DNA of 64,000 nucleotides from Prorocentrum cordatum (GCA_963575745.1 CAUYUJ010000037.1:62001-126000), one strand, 5' to 3'; positions 25,822 to 39,159 are shown, numbered from the stretch's first letter. Made by a program: numbers and translations. Notes: a model not told the origin generated them from the letters alone.

Positions 25822-26384
25822 CTCAGGCCCCTTTCGGGGAGGCGTACAACACGGGTTCGGGGGACTAGGAGAGTCCGCGGGTCTGGAGGACGCATCAAGC
25901 GGCGCGGCCTGTTCCAGATCGCTCTTAAGCGCGTCACGAAATGCTGTGGAACTCCAGGCCCCCCAAACACAACAAGGCATGCAAACGCCTCGGTCCTCGA
26001 GTCTCCGTGTCGGGGAGACGTAAGACTCGAGTCTGCAGGACTCGCGTTGGCCTGACTGGGCCGTCGAGATAATAACGAAACCCAATCTTCAGTTTGACGC
26101 GAAATCCTGCTGCAAACATCCCCACGAAAACGGGACTGCTAAGATCCAAGACGGGCCCATCAAAAACCGCCGGCGGGCGGGACCGAACTCGGGCGATCTA
26201 GCTTCACGTTTCAGTGGCCATTATCAGATCGAAGCGCCCCTTCACGCCTCCGCCCTCCCAAACATGCTCGCATCGCACAAAAAAAAAAAGGCGGGGCAGT
26301 GGGTCGTCGGTTTCGGCCTTGGAGGGCCCCAGGCATGCCCACGGACTGTCAAAAATTATTAAAACCACGTTTGCTGTTGATCAC

Positions 26385-27145
26385 ATGTGCATATATACAT
26401 AGATACATACATACATACATACATGCATACATACCTACATACATACATACAGCATACATACAACATACATACTTACATACATACATACATACATACATGC
26501 ATGCATGCATGCATGCATACATACATGCATGCATACATACATACATACATAATACATACATACATACATACATACATTCATACATGCATGCATACATACA
26601 TATACATATACATATGCATGTACAAATATATATACCTATACATACATATACATATGCATATGCAAATACATATGCATATACATATAAAAATACATACACA
26701 TTTATGTATACATATACATATACACATACCTATACATATAATTATACATATGCATATACATATACATAGACATGTACAAATACATATACATATACAGATA
26801 CCTATACATATACGTATACATATACATATACGTATACATATGTATATTTGTACATATGCATATACATATACATATGCATGTACATACACATATTCGTATA
26901 TGTATATATACATACACATACACGTGCACATGTACATATTCATATACAAATACATACACATATATATACACATATACACATAAATCTGCATATATATATG
27001 TACATATGCATATACATATACACATACATATACATATACACATACGTATACACATACATATACACATATATATGCGTATACATTTACATGTACATATACA
27101 TATACATGTACATATATAGCTACATGTACATGTATATATATATGC

Positions 27146-27185
<40 letters not shown>

Positions 27186-27189
27186 GTAC

Positions 27190-27220
<31 letters not shown>

Positions 27221-27325
27221 TACGCATACACATACATACATGCATACATACATACATGCATGCATGCATGCATGCATACATACATACATGCGTGTATATA
27301 CATAGACACACATATATATATATAT
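26385..27325 (+). repeat. (CATA)n/(CATATA)n microsatellite field
   Basis: Direct reading. Confidence 0.97.
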
Positions 27326-27409
27326 GGTCGCCCCCCTCCCAGCAGGTCGGGCCGCCCCCGCCGGGCGAAGATGCCGACCGCCCAGGCGGTCGAGAAGCGG
27401 CCTCTGGGC

Positions 27410-27480
27410 CTCTGGAGCTCTCCTGGGCTGCGCCCCCCTGCCAGAACTTCGAGGCGGCTGCGGCCGTGGCCACGAGAAGC
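27410..27480 (-). CDS. Candidate exon ([23 protein letters not shown])
   Basis: ctgcag|G acceptor, AG|gc donor, GC3-rich; a paralogous sequence lies at ~31268-31320. Confidence 0.3.
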
Positions 27481-27550
27481 CTGCAGGTGGCCCCATAACT
27501 GTCCACGGCCCTCGACCTTCGATTGTCCAAAGCAGATGAAGAAGAAGAAG

Positions 27551-27601
<51 letters not shown>

Positions 27602-27645
27602 CCACAACAACAAGCACAACAACAACAACAACGACGACAACAATT

Positions 27646-27680
<35 letters not shown>

Positions 27681-27683
<3 letters not shown>

Positions 27684-28466
27684 CATTTTACCCGAACGCG
27701 TGGTGTTCTCCCCAGTGCCAGGGTTTTCATACGACACCAGGCAATACCCCCACTTCGTGGGGGGGCATTACAAGCTCTACCAAATATCCAAACGACTCTT
27801 CGCGACCACCCAAACCCAGCTTCCCGCCCTATGACGTTGGGACACTTCACTTCGTGGCGTGCGGACGACCGTGGCTACTACACTGGCGTGGGGTACACAC
27901 CCACAGAACCCAATGGTTTTTGGAGATTTCGGCGTGCGCGCGCGAAGAAAAAACGAATGTGTCCCGCATGGTATTATTTGACAGGGATGATGGCCCTGGC
28001 AGGTGCGCAACCGTTGTCGCAGAAGTTCGAAAAAGTTGCTCGCAAAAGCCCGTTTGACAGAAATGTTTAAAAAGTGTTGGGTTTCCTACGAATCCGCAAG
28101 AGCGCGCGGGATGAGATTTTGACATTTTTTTGTTGAAAAACCATTGGTTTTTTGATGTTTTTATGTTAAAATCGCTCCGAACACTAAGCTTTTGGAAGGA
28201 TTTCGTCTTGCGCGCGCGAATGTCCACTTTACCTTATTTTTTGCAAGGGATTCTTGAAATTTGATTATATTAGAACAAGAAATTCATTTTATAGTGTTTT
28301 TTGCAAGGGAAAGCGGATTACAACAAAACAACCGGATCTGGATGACATCGAATTACCTGAGGCTTCCTCACGAAAATGATGAAAACGTGGCTGCGGCCTA
28401 GGCGCGGCGGGGGGGGCGCGCACCAGGGGGCCCAACAATAATTATTCTTTAGAATTAATAATGTTC
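27681..28466 (+). mobile_element. ~790-bp (CAA)n-anchored dispersed element, copy 1
   Basis: Highly similar to 58498-59398 and ~59405-60166; bounded by CAA tracts on both sides. Confidence 0.85.
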
Positions 28467-28499
28467 AACAACAACAACAACAACAACAACAACAACCAG

Positions 28500-30596
28500 A
28501 AGCTGTTGGCGCTGCGTACATTTAAACATTTCATGCGTCCATGATTGCCGAGGTCTGCCACGCCTGCGCCAAACGGCGCAGTGCCTAGGGCAACCGTCTT
28601 CGCTGCAAACTGGGCGAATTTGCGATCTTACTGCAAAGCAAAAATCCGAACAAACATCTGGGACATCTCATGAAAGCTTGCCTGCCAAAGCACCTCGGAG
28701 TTGGTACCTCGAATACAAGGATGGCGATCTGCCCAGCAGCTTCCACACAAGCGACAATGGAACGCATCGAATATCGTTCGGTCCGCTGTTATAAGCCAGA
28801 CCGATTCAAGACACGACATTAGTTTACTCAACTCGCAAGTGTTGTAGATGATCGACTTCTTCCAATGGAAGGCCCAGGACCACATCACATGGGATTGAGC
28901 TGCTTGCAGGTTGTGGATGCTTCCCCACGCCTCCTGGATGGTTCCCGCGAAACTTTTCCATCGCAAGTCTGCAATCCACCGAGGTATCTTGTTTCGCGGA
29001 CCACTTTGCTATTCGCACACGAAGGCTACGTAACCACACTCGGCGTGGAAGTTGGCACATTCACCATTCGCTTCCCCGCGAAAATCAATTCTATACGAAG
29101 ACCATCAAAGTGATCGCAGCCAGCATCTTATGAAGATCCCCCGGATCTTGTGATACGAGCAACGTGTCGTCCGCCTTTCTGCATAACTACGAACGGCGGC
29201 CCCGAGTCAAATTGAACATTCGCCGAACATGGGCACACACTTGTGTTATGCATGCGAGTTGTCGCCTCTCCGTAGAACTTCCTGCGTGGTCGACAATAAC
29301 GAAATACCTGGAGCCATAAGTCGGCCCGATTACGATCTGGTGGGGCTCCAAAGTGCACCAAAGAGTCGCACATGCAGTCCCAAATAACTTTGTCGGGCGC
29401 CTTACCCTAATCTAAGAGCATTAGGATGATCCCGTTGTTGTTGATGTGGGCAGCGTCAATCATGCGCCTGGCCAGAAAACAGCGCATACGCTGAAGCTCG
29501 ACCCCGTCGAAATCCGAATTGCGAAGTACTCGTTATGTGTTGCGTGCCCCCCCCCTCACCAAACGATTCGAGAAGAAACTGGCCAACACGATGTACCCCA
29601 CTGGTAGCAGCGATATAGGTCTGTAGTTTTCTGGTAAAGCAGCGTTCCCTTTCAGAACTACATTTGCTCGTCTCCAAGTCTCTGGAATACGTTTTCAGCC
29701 CAAGCATTCTTGACACAAGTGTAACAGGATATCACGCGCGCCGCGGTCGGAGGCTTGCAACTGCAAGACCTCTCATGGCTTTCCGTCCAGTCCTGCTGCC
29801 TTGGAGGCTTTTAGCTTGCGGGAAACAACTTGCAATCCGCGATCAAAGAACTGACCCGTATCGATCGGGATTGTCGCACCGAATTGCGTGTGGTGCGTCG
29901 GCATGTCGTTCGGAAAATTGTATTTCCATTGCGTTGTTTCGAAGTAGTCTGCTATAACATTGGCCCAGTCAGCTGTGTCCAATAATGAACCGTCTGGACG
30001 TTGAATCGCGACATGTGTTAGAACTCTCGGCTTCCTCATGTGGCGCACGGCGTCCCAACTACCAGAGGCTATTTTCCTTCCAGCGTGCGGTCGTTTCTTG
30101 CACGATCGCCGAATATGCTTGTTCATGTGATTCTCGTTGCCGTGATCTCCGTTGCGACGAATTTGGCTCATCCATGATCGTCTTGGCGCTACCTCCTTGG
30201 CGTGGAGAGAACATTGGCCGCCTGCGCAAAGCAAGCTCGAAAAGTCTCCGTGGAGGCGTTCGGGCCGTCGGAGCTCGGCATGCCGACCGCTGCGTTGACC
30301 GAAGCAGACATGAAATGCCTCGTAGTGTCCGAGTCGCCTGAGATGGGCTTAAGAGCACGACATGGTGCCGAGTTTGCGTGCGTCCCGGATTCAACAGTAG
30401 AATCAGCGATAGCGGTGACATGGTGGGTGTTCAATGCTGTCGTGCGATCGCTCCAACAGTTCGATATTCATTGCGATTTGCTCTGATGGCATAGGACATG
30501 GCCGATCTGAGGGAAAGCCGCTGTTGTCACAGGCAGTTCCACCGCCTTCGTCGCCAAATCCCGATAACTCATAACAGCCTATTCGCGCGCAACGCA
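28500..30596 (-). pseudogene. Decayed LINE (non-LTR) retrotransposon ORF2: end of the endonuclease region plus RT
   Basis: Fragments KLKASKAAGLDG, SQFGFRRGRAS, LMLLD*GKAPDKV (~29385-29432), ADDTLL (~29157-29174), KKSIIYNTCELSKLMSCLESVWL...DAFHCR; multiple stops and frameshifts. Confidence 0.85.
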
Positions 30597-30975
30597 CGTC
30601 TCCATTCGGCGGCGAGCGAGTGGGGGAACTGAGAAGGGGCGTGCCGTCTCAGAAGGCTCGGAAGCCCCCCGGCCTTCCGAGGAGTTCTCTAGGCCCTCCC
30701 CGAAGACATAGAAAAGACCTCCCGGGAGGCCGAAGGCCTTCTGAGGAGCAGCGCCGCCCTGTGAGAAAGCCTCCCCCTTCCTGCTCCCCCCCTCGCTCGC
30801 CGCCGACTCTGCCTACCGACGATGAGTGGGCGTCTGGGGGTCGATGCGGCCCCCCTTGCACCTCTTCCCCCCTTAGCATGGACGCCCATCGGGCCTCCAG
30901 GGAGCGCGCGGAGCGGCGCGGGCGCTGCTCCTCCGGAGCCTCCCCTCTCTCACTCCCCCCCTCGCTCGCCGCCGA
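30597..30975. repeat. Duplicated block (copy at ~33235-33570) containing a MITE-like unit with ~20-bp inverted ends
   Basis: cggcggcgagcgagtggggga ... tcccccctcgctcgccgccga; same organisation at 33249-33447. Confidence 0.8.
30895..30939 (-). CDS. Candidate micro-exon APEEQRPRRSARSLE
   Basis: gag|G acceptor, CTGGAG|gc donor, 45 nt phase 0; motif shared with 33535-33651. Confidence 0.4.
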
Positions 30976-31747
30976 TCCGTGAACGACCGACAACCTCCAA
31001 GATCAGAGGCGACGATAGGGGCGAATAGCCCCGGGGAGAGCCATACATGTATTCAGGTGCGCCGATGATCTATGTCTTCGAAAAGGCTCCCGGGCGAATA
31101 CGTGTAATGGCCGCCCCTGGGCTATTCGCCCCTACCGTCGCGAGCCCGCTGTCGCACCCTCGTCCCGCCCGGATCTGGGGGCGGCTCCCGCCCCGGCCTC
31201 CAGGCCCGGTGCCTCCAGGCGCGGGCCGCCGGGGACCCCTGGCCCTCCCCTGGGGTGCGCACGGGCCAGGACTTTTCGAGGCGCGCGCGGCTGCGGCCAC
31301 GGGAAGCCTCGGGGTGGCCCAGAGACGTCCAGGCGCTCGCATCCCTCGAACCCTCGGACCTCTCCTCTGCCAGGGTGCTGCCAGAAGCGCCTCTGGCCCA
31401 AGATGTCCGCACGATCTCCAGGGAGACCCAGGTGGCCTCCAGAACTACCCCCCCACGAGGCCAAGAGTTCGGTGGCAACTCACGGGGGCCTCCCATACCA
31501 TCTTGTCGGCTCTTGCGAATCGACGCTAGTCGGCGCTAATCGACGCTACATCGACGCTAAAGCGACGCGAACCGACGCTAGATCGGCGATGTATCTCCAT
31601 CGACTCTCAGCTGCCAGGCTCCCATGATCTGCTGCCCACCAAGAGGGCCCCTCCCCGGAGCCCCATGCGCGGAGCGAGAGGCCGGGGGCACCCTGGGCCA
31701 GGGGCGCCGCCAGCAGCCCCCGACAGGCTTTGGGCTCCTGCCGGCGC

Positions 31748-31771
31748 CTCCAGGCGCGGGTCGTCCGAGAC
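31748..31771 (-). CDS. Candidate micro-exon VSDDPRLE
   Basis: ccctcag|G acceptor, CTGGAG|gc donor, 24 nt phase 0. Confidence 0.35.
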
Positions 31772-32841
31772 CTGAGGGGGACGTCACTGGAGGCCCTCTC
31801 GCTGGGGTCCGAGTAGACGGGGTCGGACGATCTCGCCGCATCGCCGATACATCGGCGATGCATCGGCGATGCATCGGTGATGCACCGGCGATCCATTTTC
31901 GACGTCGGCGATGCATCGGCGACGTCGACGTGAACCGAATCGGGCTCCACATCGAGCCGCATCGGCGACGCATCGGGGATGCGGTTCGACCCCTTCTACT
32001 CCGATCCCATCTAGGAGGCCTAGAGTCACGGGAGGACCAGCTCGGGAGGGGGGGCACCGTGAGGAGCAGAACTCTGTACACCGACGCTGTTTGCGGCCCC
32101 GCGCTGACATTCACACAGGAAAGCGGGTCCTGGTGTATACGGGATCCTGGTGTATGCATTTGTTTCGCTGCTTCCCCGGGCGCAACAGGGAAAACGTATA
32201 CACCACACCACCCCGACGTCGTCCCTGACCCTCCAAAAGTCCGGGAATTGAAAAAACAGCCCACCACTGGTAGTGTATATGCTCCAGCTTCCGACATCGA
32301 CCTGGAATCAGCGATTGACCACCAACAGTTCGGCGACAGGCCTCCGACAATGAAACCACAAGGCCCCGGGCGGGGGGGGGGGCCATCGGGCTCCTGTGGG
32401 CGATGAATGGGCAGGTAGGGGCCGATGCATCCCCCCATTGGGATTGGCGATTGGGGGTCGGCGCTGTTCTCGTGCGTCACTCGTGCGCTCTGGTATTATG
32501 TAATTGGCGTTCTGCTGGCTCGCTGCTTCTTATGTCGGCACGCCCTGTATTGATTTGGCCAGACATACGCCGATACGTATAGGTCGGGCATGTCCTCGTA
32601 CAGGCGGATTTCGAACGAAGAAAAAGCACAAACAAACAATCAAGAATTATGAAAAATCGTCGAAAAATCGTCCCCGGACTATGTTTTGACTATCTTTAAT
32701 ATTCCTTCTGTAGAGGGACATGCCCGACTTAACGATAGTGACCGCCACTGCAGTGTCGTATCCTGGGGAGGACGCAGCAACGATACACTGTGACTCGCCC
32801 AACCCTGAGCTTAAGTATCCTCTCTCATGCTGCCTATCTGG

Positions 32842-33081
32842 AGGCCTCCTAGATGGGGTTGAAGCAGATGGGGTCGGAGGATCACGCCGCCTCGCCGATA
32901 CATCGGCGTTGCATCGGCGATGCATAGGCGATACACTGGCGATGCATCGTCGACATCGGCGATATATCGGTGACATCTGCGTGGAAAAAATCGGGTTCCG
33001 CAACGCGCCGCTTCGGCGATTCGTCGGCGATGCGGCGCGATTCTCCGACCCTATCCGCTCGGACCCCATATGGGAGGCCTC
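32842..33081. mobile_element. MITE-like element with ~50-bp imperfect TIRs and a catcggcgatg core (second copy ~31790-32022)
   Basis: gaggcctcctagatggggt... and ...accccatatgggaggcctc. Confidence 0.75.
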
Positions 33082-33534
33082 GACCGTCTCGGAGCAAGGC
33101 GAACTGAGACAACGGCAGCTCAAAATCGGTCCACGGGCTCCTCCCGAGGTGCAAAAACGCACCAGTTGTCCGAGCTGCGTCCAGCAAAGGCGAGACACAT
33201 GGGCACCGCGAAGGCGAACTACCGTGGTCTCGGCCCGTCCTCTTCTTTCGGCGGCGAGCGAAGGGGGGAAGTGAGAAGAGGCGGGCCTTCTCAGAAGGCT
33301 CGGAAGTCCCCCGGTCTTCTGAGAAGTTCTCTAAGCCTTCCCCGAAGACACAGAAAACCTCTAGGAAGGCCGAAGGCCTTCTCAGAAGCCTCGCCGCCTT
33401 CTCAGAAGGCCTTCTCTTTCTCGTTTCCCCCCCTCGCTCGCCGCCGATTCTGCCTACCGACGATGAGTGGGCGTCTGGGGGTCGATACAGCCCCCCTTGC
33501 ACCTCTTCCCCCCTAGCGTTACCGCCCATCGGGC

Positions 33535-33651
33535 CTCCAGGGAGCGCGCGGAGCGCCGCGGGCGCTGCTCGCCCGAGACCTCCAGAGAGCGCCGCGGGCG
33601 CAGCTCGCCCGAGACCTCCAGAGAGCGCCGCGGGCGCAGCTCGCCCGAGAC
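33535..33651 (-). CDS. Candidate exon of 36/36/45-nt repeats (VSGELRPRRSLE x2, VSGEQRPRRSARSLE)
   Basis: gag|G acceptor, CTGGAG|gc donor, 117 nt phase 0. Confidence 0.45.
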
Positions 33652-33817
33652 CTCCGCGAATCGGCGCGGGCGCGGCTCCGGCGGCGAGACCGTCCCGGGG
33701 CGCGGAGCTCGCGCGACGACGACAAGACGAGAATCGGCGACGACGACGACGACGAGAATCAATGACGACGACGACGACGATGACGACTACGACGACGACG
33801 ACGACGACCACGACCAC

Positions 33818-33868
<51 letters not shown>

Positions 33869-34899
33869 CCGCGCGCCCGCCGCCGCGCCGCAGCGCTGCG
33901 TCCGCCCCACGGGTCCTTGCCGCCCTGCCCGCGCACGGGCAAAGAGCCGCGGACCGCGCGGCGGGCCAAGATCGGCCCTTGCCGTCGCTCGGACGTCCAT
34001 TTCCCGTGCACTCTTCGGTTTCGTGCGTGTTTTTGTTGCTCGATGGTCCAGGATGGTCCTCGATGGTTCTCGCCAAGAAAAAAGGCACACGTCTGAGCGA
34101 TGCCAAGGGTCGGCATCGGGCCAGGAGATCGGCACGAGGCTTAGTCAAAGGGGCCCAAGAGCAAACAAATAAGTGCACACAAATCCCTGGATTCCCAATA
34201 TCATCTGATGTTTTCTGGGTCTCCGTCTTCCCCCCCAACTCCCAAATCTTCCCATATCATCCTGGGAGTCGGTCGATCAATTGTGTCTGTGTGTTTTGTC
34301 CCCTCCTGATTCATAAGCGTCGGGCAGGGCCCCATCGGCACGGAGCTGGCATCGAATCGGACTGGCCGTGCCAGGTTACGTCGTCTGCACACCTCTCGAC
34401 GGCCATCGCCGCGTCGGCGATCCTGGCCATCAAGAACCAAGTTGCAAGAAGGTTGAAAAAGGAATTGTCGAACGCTGGGTATTCGACTGATTCCAACTTG
34501 TCATCATCATAGTGTTATGAGCAAAGAAGTACGGACACGTTTCCCTTGCATACTCCAATATGTGCCCTGTACACGGAAGTGTCTGTCACAACCGCAGGCG
34601 CTACACGAAATGATCTGGCCATCTGATCCATGGAGTTTAGCTTACGTCCTTACCTTTGCAAGTCGTATGTATACCACCTTTGCCTTTCTCGTTCCACCCA
34701 GGACAAATTCCTCAAAGTCGTGATCAGCAAGATCAACTAGGAATGTGGCCATTCCCGACCCATGTAGCCTGCGAGAACGCTTACCACCCTCACGGCGTCC
34801 CTTACCCTTACGACGGAAATGACCGTCGCCCTGCTCGTTTGAATATCCTTGCTGACTTCTTTATATGTCGCTTCTAATTGCGTTTAGCGTCATGATATA

Positions 34900-35850
34900 C
34901 TAGGTATAGGTATTACGCTGTTTGATCGCCGCCAGCGGCTGACTCTGACCAGCCAGTCCCAGCAACACCGGTGGATGAGCAGGTGCCCGCGTCGGCTCCT
35001 GAATCGCAGGGCGAGTCAAGGTGTTGGCCTGATGTAGTCGCAGATCGTGGTGAGTTTTTGGCTGCAGCTGCAGCCGACCAGGTGTTGGTGGGGTCAGTTG
35101 CTTGTGCACAGCCAGTTTCCTGGCCCAGAAGCGTCGTGGGTTCGTTTGGCTCCTGGTCGCCCCAGACATTGCCAGGCGTGGCCGCCAGTGCGTTGCTCAC
35201 GTCAGCGTGGAAGGTACTGGCAGCTCGACCACTGAAAACCCCGCCACAGTTTCCAGGTGCGCGCTCAGCTAAGTGTCCGCATGTGCACACTCGCTCCAAC
35301 AATTTGCCGCAGTATTGATGGGTTCCGGGCATCTGGCGTGGGTTGTAATAGCTGTGGGGCTCGGGAAGTGCCTACCCCCAGAGCTCGAAACAGGAGGAAC
35401 GCCAAGATCTGAAAGTCCAGGATGTTGAATCCAGCCGAATCCGCTTCCAGTTTGGTCATTTCGAAATGGGCGGATTCCGAATCGATGCGTTCACCTCGGT
35501 CGATCCTGAAGTCGACGAAGTCTGTTCCCGATGTGATTGGTCGCTCGTCTTCGAGATTTTCAAATTTGGTGTCGAGACGGAACACGATGTATGCAACACG
35601 GTCAGCGCAATTACCCTGTAAGATTACGCCGCATTGTATGATCGATGGCGGTACTGTCATAGCCAAAATCATGGTTAGGCCTCCAAAGCCTCGCTGCAAA
35701 CCAGCAAGTTGGTGTGATGAAGCAATAGTTCCACTTGTTACGTTGAGCCATGCGTGTACCTCGCGGACAGATTCGCGGAAAGGTGCGTTGCCAGCAAGGT
35801 CCCATTGGGGGGCCGCAGTACGCGTGTCGTCCAGTCCCTGTTGCATGCAT
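34900..35850 (-). pseudogene. Decayed Ty1/copia-like gag
   Basis: APQWDLAGNAPFRESVREVHAWLNVTSG...FENLEDER...LLQP then MPGTHQYCGKLLERVCTCGHLAERAPGN, resembling dinoflagellate copia gag (by eye); frameshifted. Confidence 0.7.
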
Positions 35851-36374
35851 CCTACTGCTCGACCAAAACACAACCAAATGATACCAAATACAGTAACTTT
35901 AATACGTAGCACCCCGCAATTGCGGATAAGAGTGAGGGGGCGGGCGCGGGCGACGCGGGCGTCGTCAAGCCGGCGGACCTCGTGGCCCCCACCTTCCCTG
36001 TCGATGGCGCTCTCCTCCTCCTCCTCCTCCTCCTCCTCTTCCTCCTCCGCCTCCTCCTCCTCTTCCTCGTCCTCGTCCTCGTCCTCATCGTCATCGTCGT
36101 CCTCCTCCACCTCGTCCTCCTCCTCCTCCTCCTCCTCCTCCTCCTCCGTTTTTTCCTCGTCCTCCCTCTGCCCCCCTCGTCCTTTCATCATCGTCCTCCC
36201 ATTGTCGTCATGTTCCTCCTCGTCGTCCTCCTCCTCTTCCCCCCCCTCCCGATCCTCCCCCCTCCTCCTTTTCGTCGTCGTCGTCGACGTCGTCGTCGTC
36301 CCCTTCCTCGTCCTCCTCCTCCTCCTCCTCATCCTCATCCTCATCCTCATCCTCCTTCTCCTCCTCGTCCTCCT

Positions 36375-37050
36375 GCAAAAGCAGCCCGCCGCAGGCGCCG
36401 AAAAATTTGGTTTGTACACTGAACGTGGTTTGGGTCGCGGGTGGGCCGCGGGTTTTCCACCGGGAACGAATGCAAAAGATGCCCGCCGCAGGCGCCGAAA
36501 AATGTAGTTTGTACCCTGAACGTGGTCGCGGGTGGGCCGCGGTCTCTCCACCTAGAACAAATGCAAAAGATGCCCGCCGCAGGCACCGAAAAATGTGGTT
36601 TGTACCCTGAACGTGGTTTGGGTCGCGGGTTGGTCGCGAGTTGATCGCGGGGTGGGTCGCGGGCTCTCCACCTGGAAGGAATGCAAAAAAAACCCGCCGC
36701 AGGCGCCGAAAATGTTGGTTTGTACCTTGAACGTGGTTTGGGTCGAAGGTGGGTTGCGGGTGGGTCGCGGGGTGGGTCGCGGGTGGGTCGCGGGTGGGTC
36801 GCGGGTGGGTGGGTCGCGGGTGGGTCGCGGGGTGGGCCGCGGGCGGGTCGCGGGGTGGGTCGCGGGTGGGGTGGGTCGCGGGTGGGTCGCGGGGTGGGTC
36901 GGGTGGGTCGCGGGTGGGTCGCGGGTCGCAGGGTGGGTCGCGGGGTGGGTCGCGGGGTGGGGTCGCGGGTGGGTCGCGGTGGGTCGCGGGTGGGTCGCGG
37001 GTGGGTCGCGGGGTGGGTCGCGGGTGGGTCGCGGGGCGGGTTGCGGGTGG
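36375..37050 (+). repeat. ~100-110 bp tandem repeat (cccgccgcaggcgccgaaaa) grading into a (GGGTGGGTCGC)n array
   Basis: Direct reading. Confidence 0.9.
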
Positions 37051-38248
37051 GACGACGACAACAAACAACAACAACAAACAACAACAACAACAACACGAAT
37101 CCGCACCGCGGAATCTCACTTCAGCCACGCACCCAGGGACAGTGAATGACCGTTCGGCCCCCTCACTCTGATGATGCATGGTCATGTTGGTGCTGGTGGT
37201 GTCGTGGACGTCGTGTTTGTGGGCTGGCGTGGCCGTGTGCTCGTCGTGTGTTGTGGGCTGACGTGGCCGTCAATTTTCGGATAGGTATCAGGTTCATATT
37301 GGTGTATTGCACCTGGCCGCGATGTGGTATGAAGTTAGATGGTTGGTAGGAGCGTGGAAGACGAGAGCCGTCGCATACACGTGTAGGCCGACGTGGCCAT
37401 CGGTCGTTATGCTGTCACGCGTGAGCACGATTCCTGATTTCCCTGATAGGGGTGCTGGCGCAGTTGGATGCACCACAGTAGAAATTGTCCACCAGTCTGT
37501 GCCGTGGAATTCCTTCTTCAAAAACAGAGCCGGCCACACGAAGATGAACCCAACTCCGCTACCAAGTCGAAACGGGAATGGCAAGCTGTACCATGAGTTA
37601 CGCCGAACGCTTACGATAATATCCCATAGATTACTCATAATATGCGGTCGAATGCGAAGGAATGGGATCAGATGGTGCACCATCGAAGGACCTTGATCGA
37701 CCCTTTTTCTGTTGTTCAGGTGCGGTAGTACCTCGAGAACGAAGCTGTCATATTCTCGTAGCGTATACAAACAGCGGCGGACGTAGGCACGGTGTTTGCG
37801 ACGCTCGCCTTTGATATCCGCTCGAAGTGTCTCATCCCGGGTCTCCCTGTCGGTCCTGGGGACCTGACAGGGCGCCCCAAGAAGCCAAAAACTGCCACAA
37901 ACCGCGAACCGACCGAAGATTACACAAATGCATGTTGTCCACAAACACAAAAAACAATTTGGAACCGGCCGTGGGGTCTGAGCTGACTGAGCCCAAAAAA
38001 GTCGGTCAACCGGCGCGAAGAAAGGCAAACACTATGAAGATCGGTCCCCAGACCCCTCCCAGATTTCACGTGGTGATTTCTGTCACCCCGGATCCGAAAA
38101 CTGCCCCGTAGACTGGAAAAGGCAAAACCCTTTTCGAACTTAGCAACTCGAACCTGTTCCCCCCTCCTGCTGGCTGGAAGCATTGCTGGGCCACCTCGAA
38201 CCCCCAGCCAACTCCAAGTTTACGACAAGAACTAAAAGAAGCTGTGAC

Positions 38249-38368
38249 CTCCAGGGGGCGGCTGCGGTTCTGCGAACGCCGCTCCCCCAGCGACGGCAAG
38301 CTCGCCGACCGGCTCAACTTGCTCGGGGGGTCATCGAGAATGCGTGCCAGCTCGGGGCTGCCGACGTC
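38249..38368 (-). CDS. Candidate exon DVGSPELARILDDPPSKLSRSASLPSLGERRSQNRSRPLE
   Basis: tttcag|G acceptor, CTGGAG|gt donor, exactly 120 nt, GC3-rich. Confidence 0.65.
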
Positions 38369-39159
38369 CTGAAACCGGCGGGGAGGAGGGGAGGAGGGGG
38401 AGGAGGACACGGAGGAGGAGGAGGAGGAGGAGGAAGAGGAAGAGGAAGAGCAGGGGGCAGGAGGACGACACGGAGGGGGGGGGGAGGACACGGAGGAGGA
38501 GGAGGACACGAAACAGGAGGACTCGGAGGATGCTAGAAAATGAGATGCGAAAGGTGAGGTGGAAAAGAAATCCTTTTTCTCTAAGCGTAATTGGTGGCAT
38601 GTGAGATACATAAGGCGCAAAGAATGCAGGCACGGAGCGCTGCAAGGTTGAGCCACACAGCGTCGGGCCAAGGCAAGAAAATTGAAATGGGCAGAGCAAG
38701 TACCGTTCGACTCTGGTGCTAAAGCTGGTCGTTCGCGCCCCTGGTGGTCCCCATGCGCATACCGCAGAAGAACCCACGGAGTGGAACCATGTGGCTGCTG
38801 CATGGGTGCTCTACTGTGCACACCCGAAACAACTGCTTGCACAGAAAACGTTCTGCTGACCGCCAATTCATAACAAGTTGGCTGCACTGAGCGCTCTGCT
38901 GACCGCGCTTACGAGACTACAGGTGGAACAAAGACGAGATGATTACTGCCCAGTGAGCACAGTCGACTGGATCACGGCTCACGCGCGCACTCAACTTCCC
39001 GTCCATCCCTGGCCGCGCACGTCCACAAAGTCTGGCATACTCGGCGTCGCTGGGCAGGTCGATCCGTGTACCAGCGAGCGGGGCTGACCTTGATCAGGCT
39101 CCGGGACGACGAAGGTCGAACTTGTGACACAGTCACACAAAGCGCCTCTCCAATAGAAA

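Noticed and set aside
37294..38028. 244-aa minus-strand ORF in non-repetitive DNA
   Set aside because: No recognisable motif or codon bias; probably a decayed element
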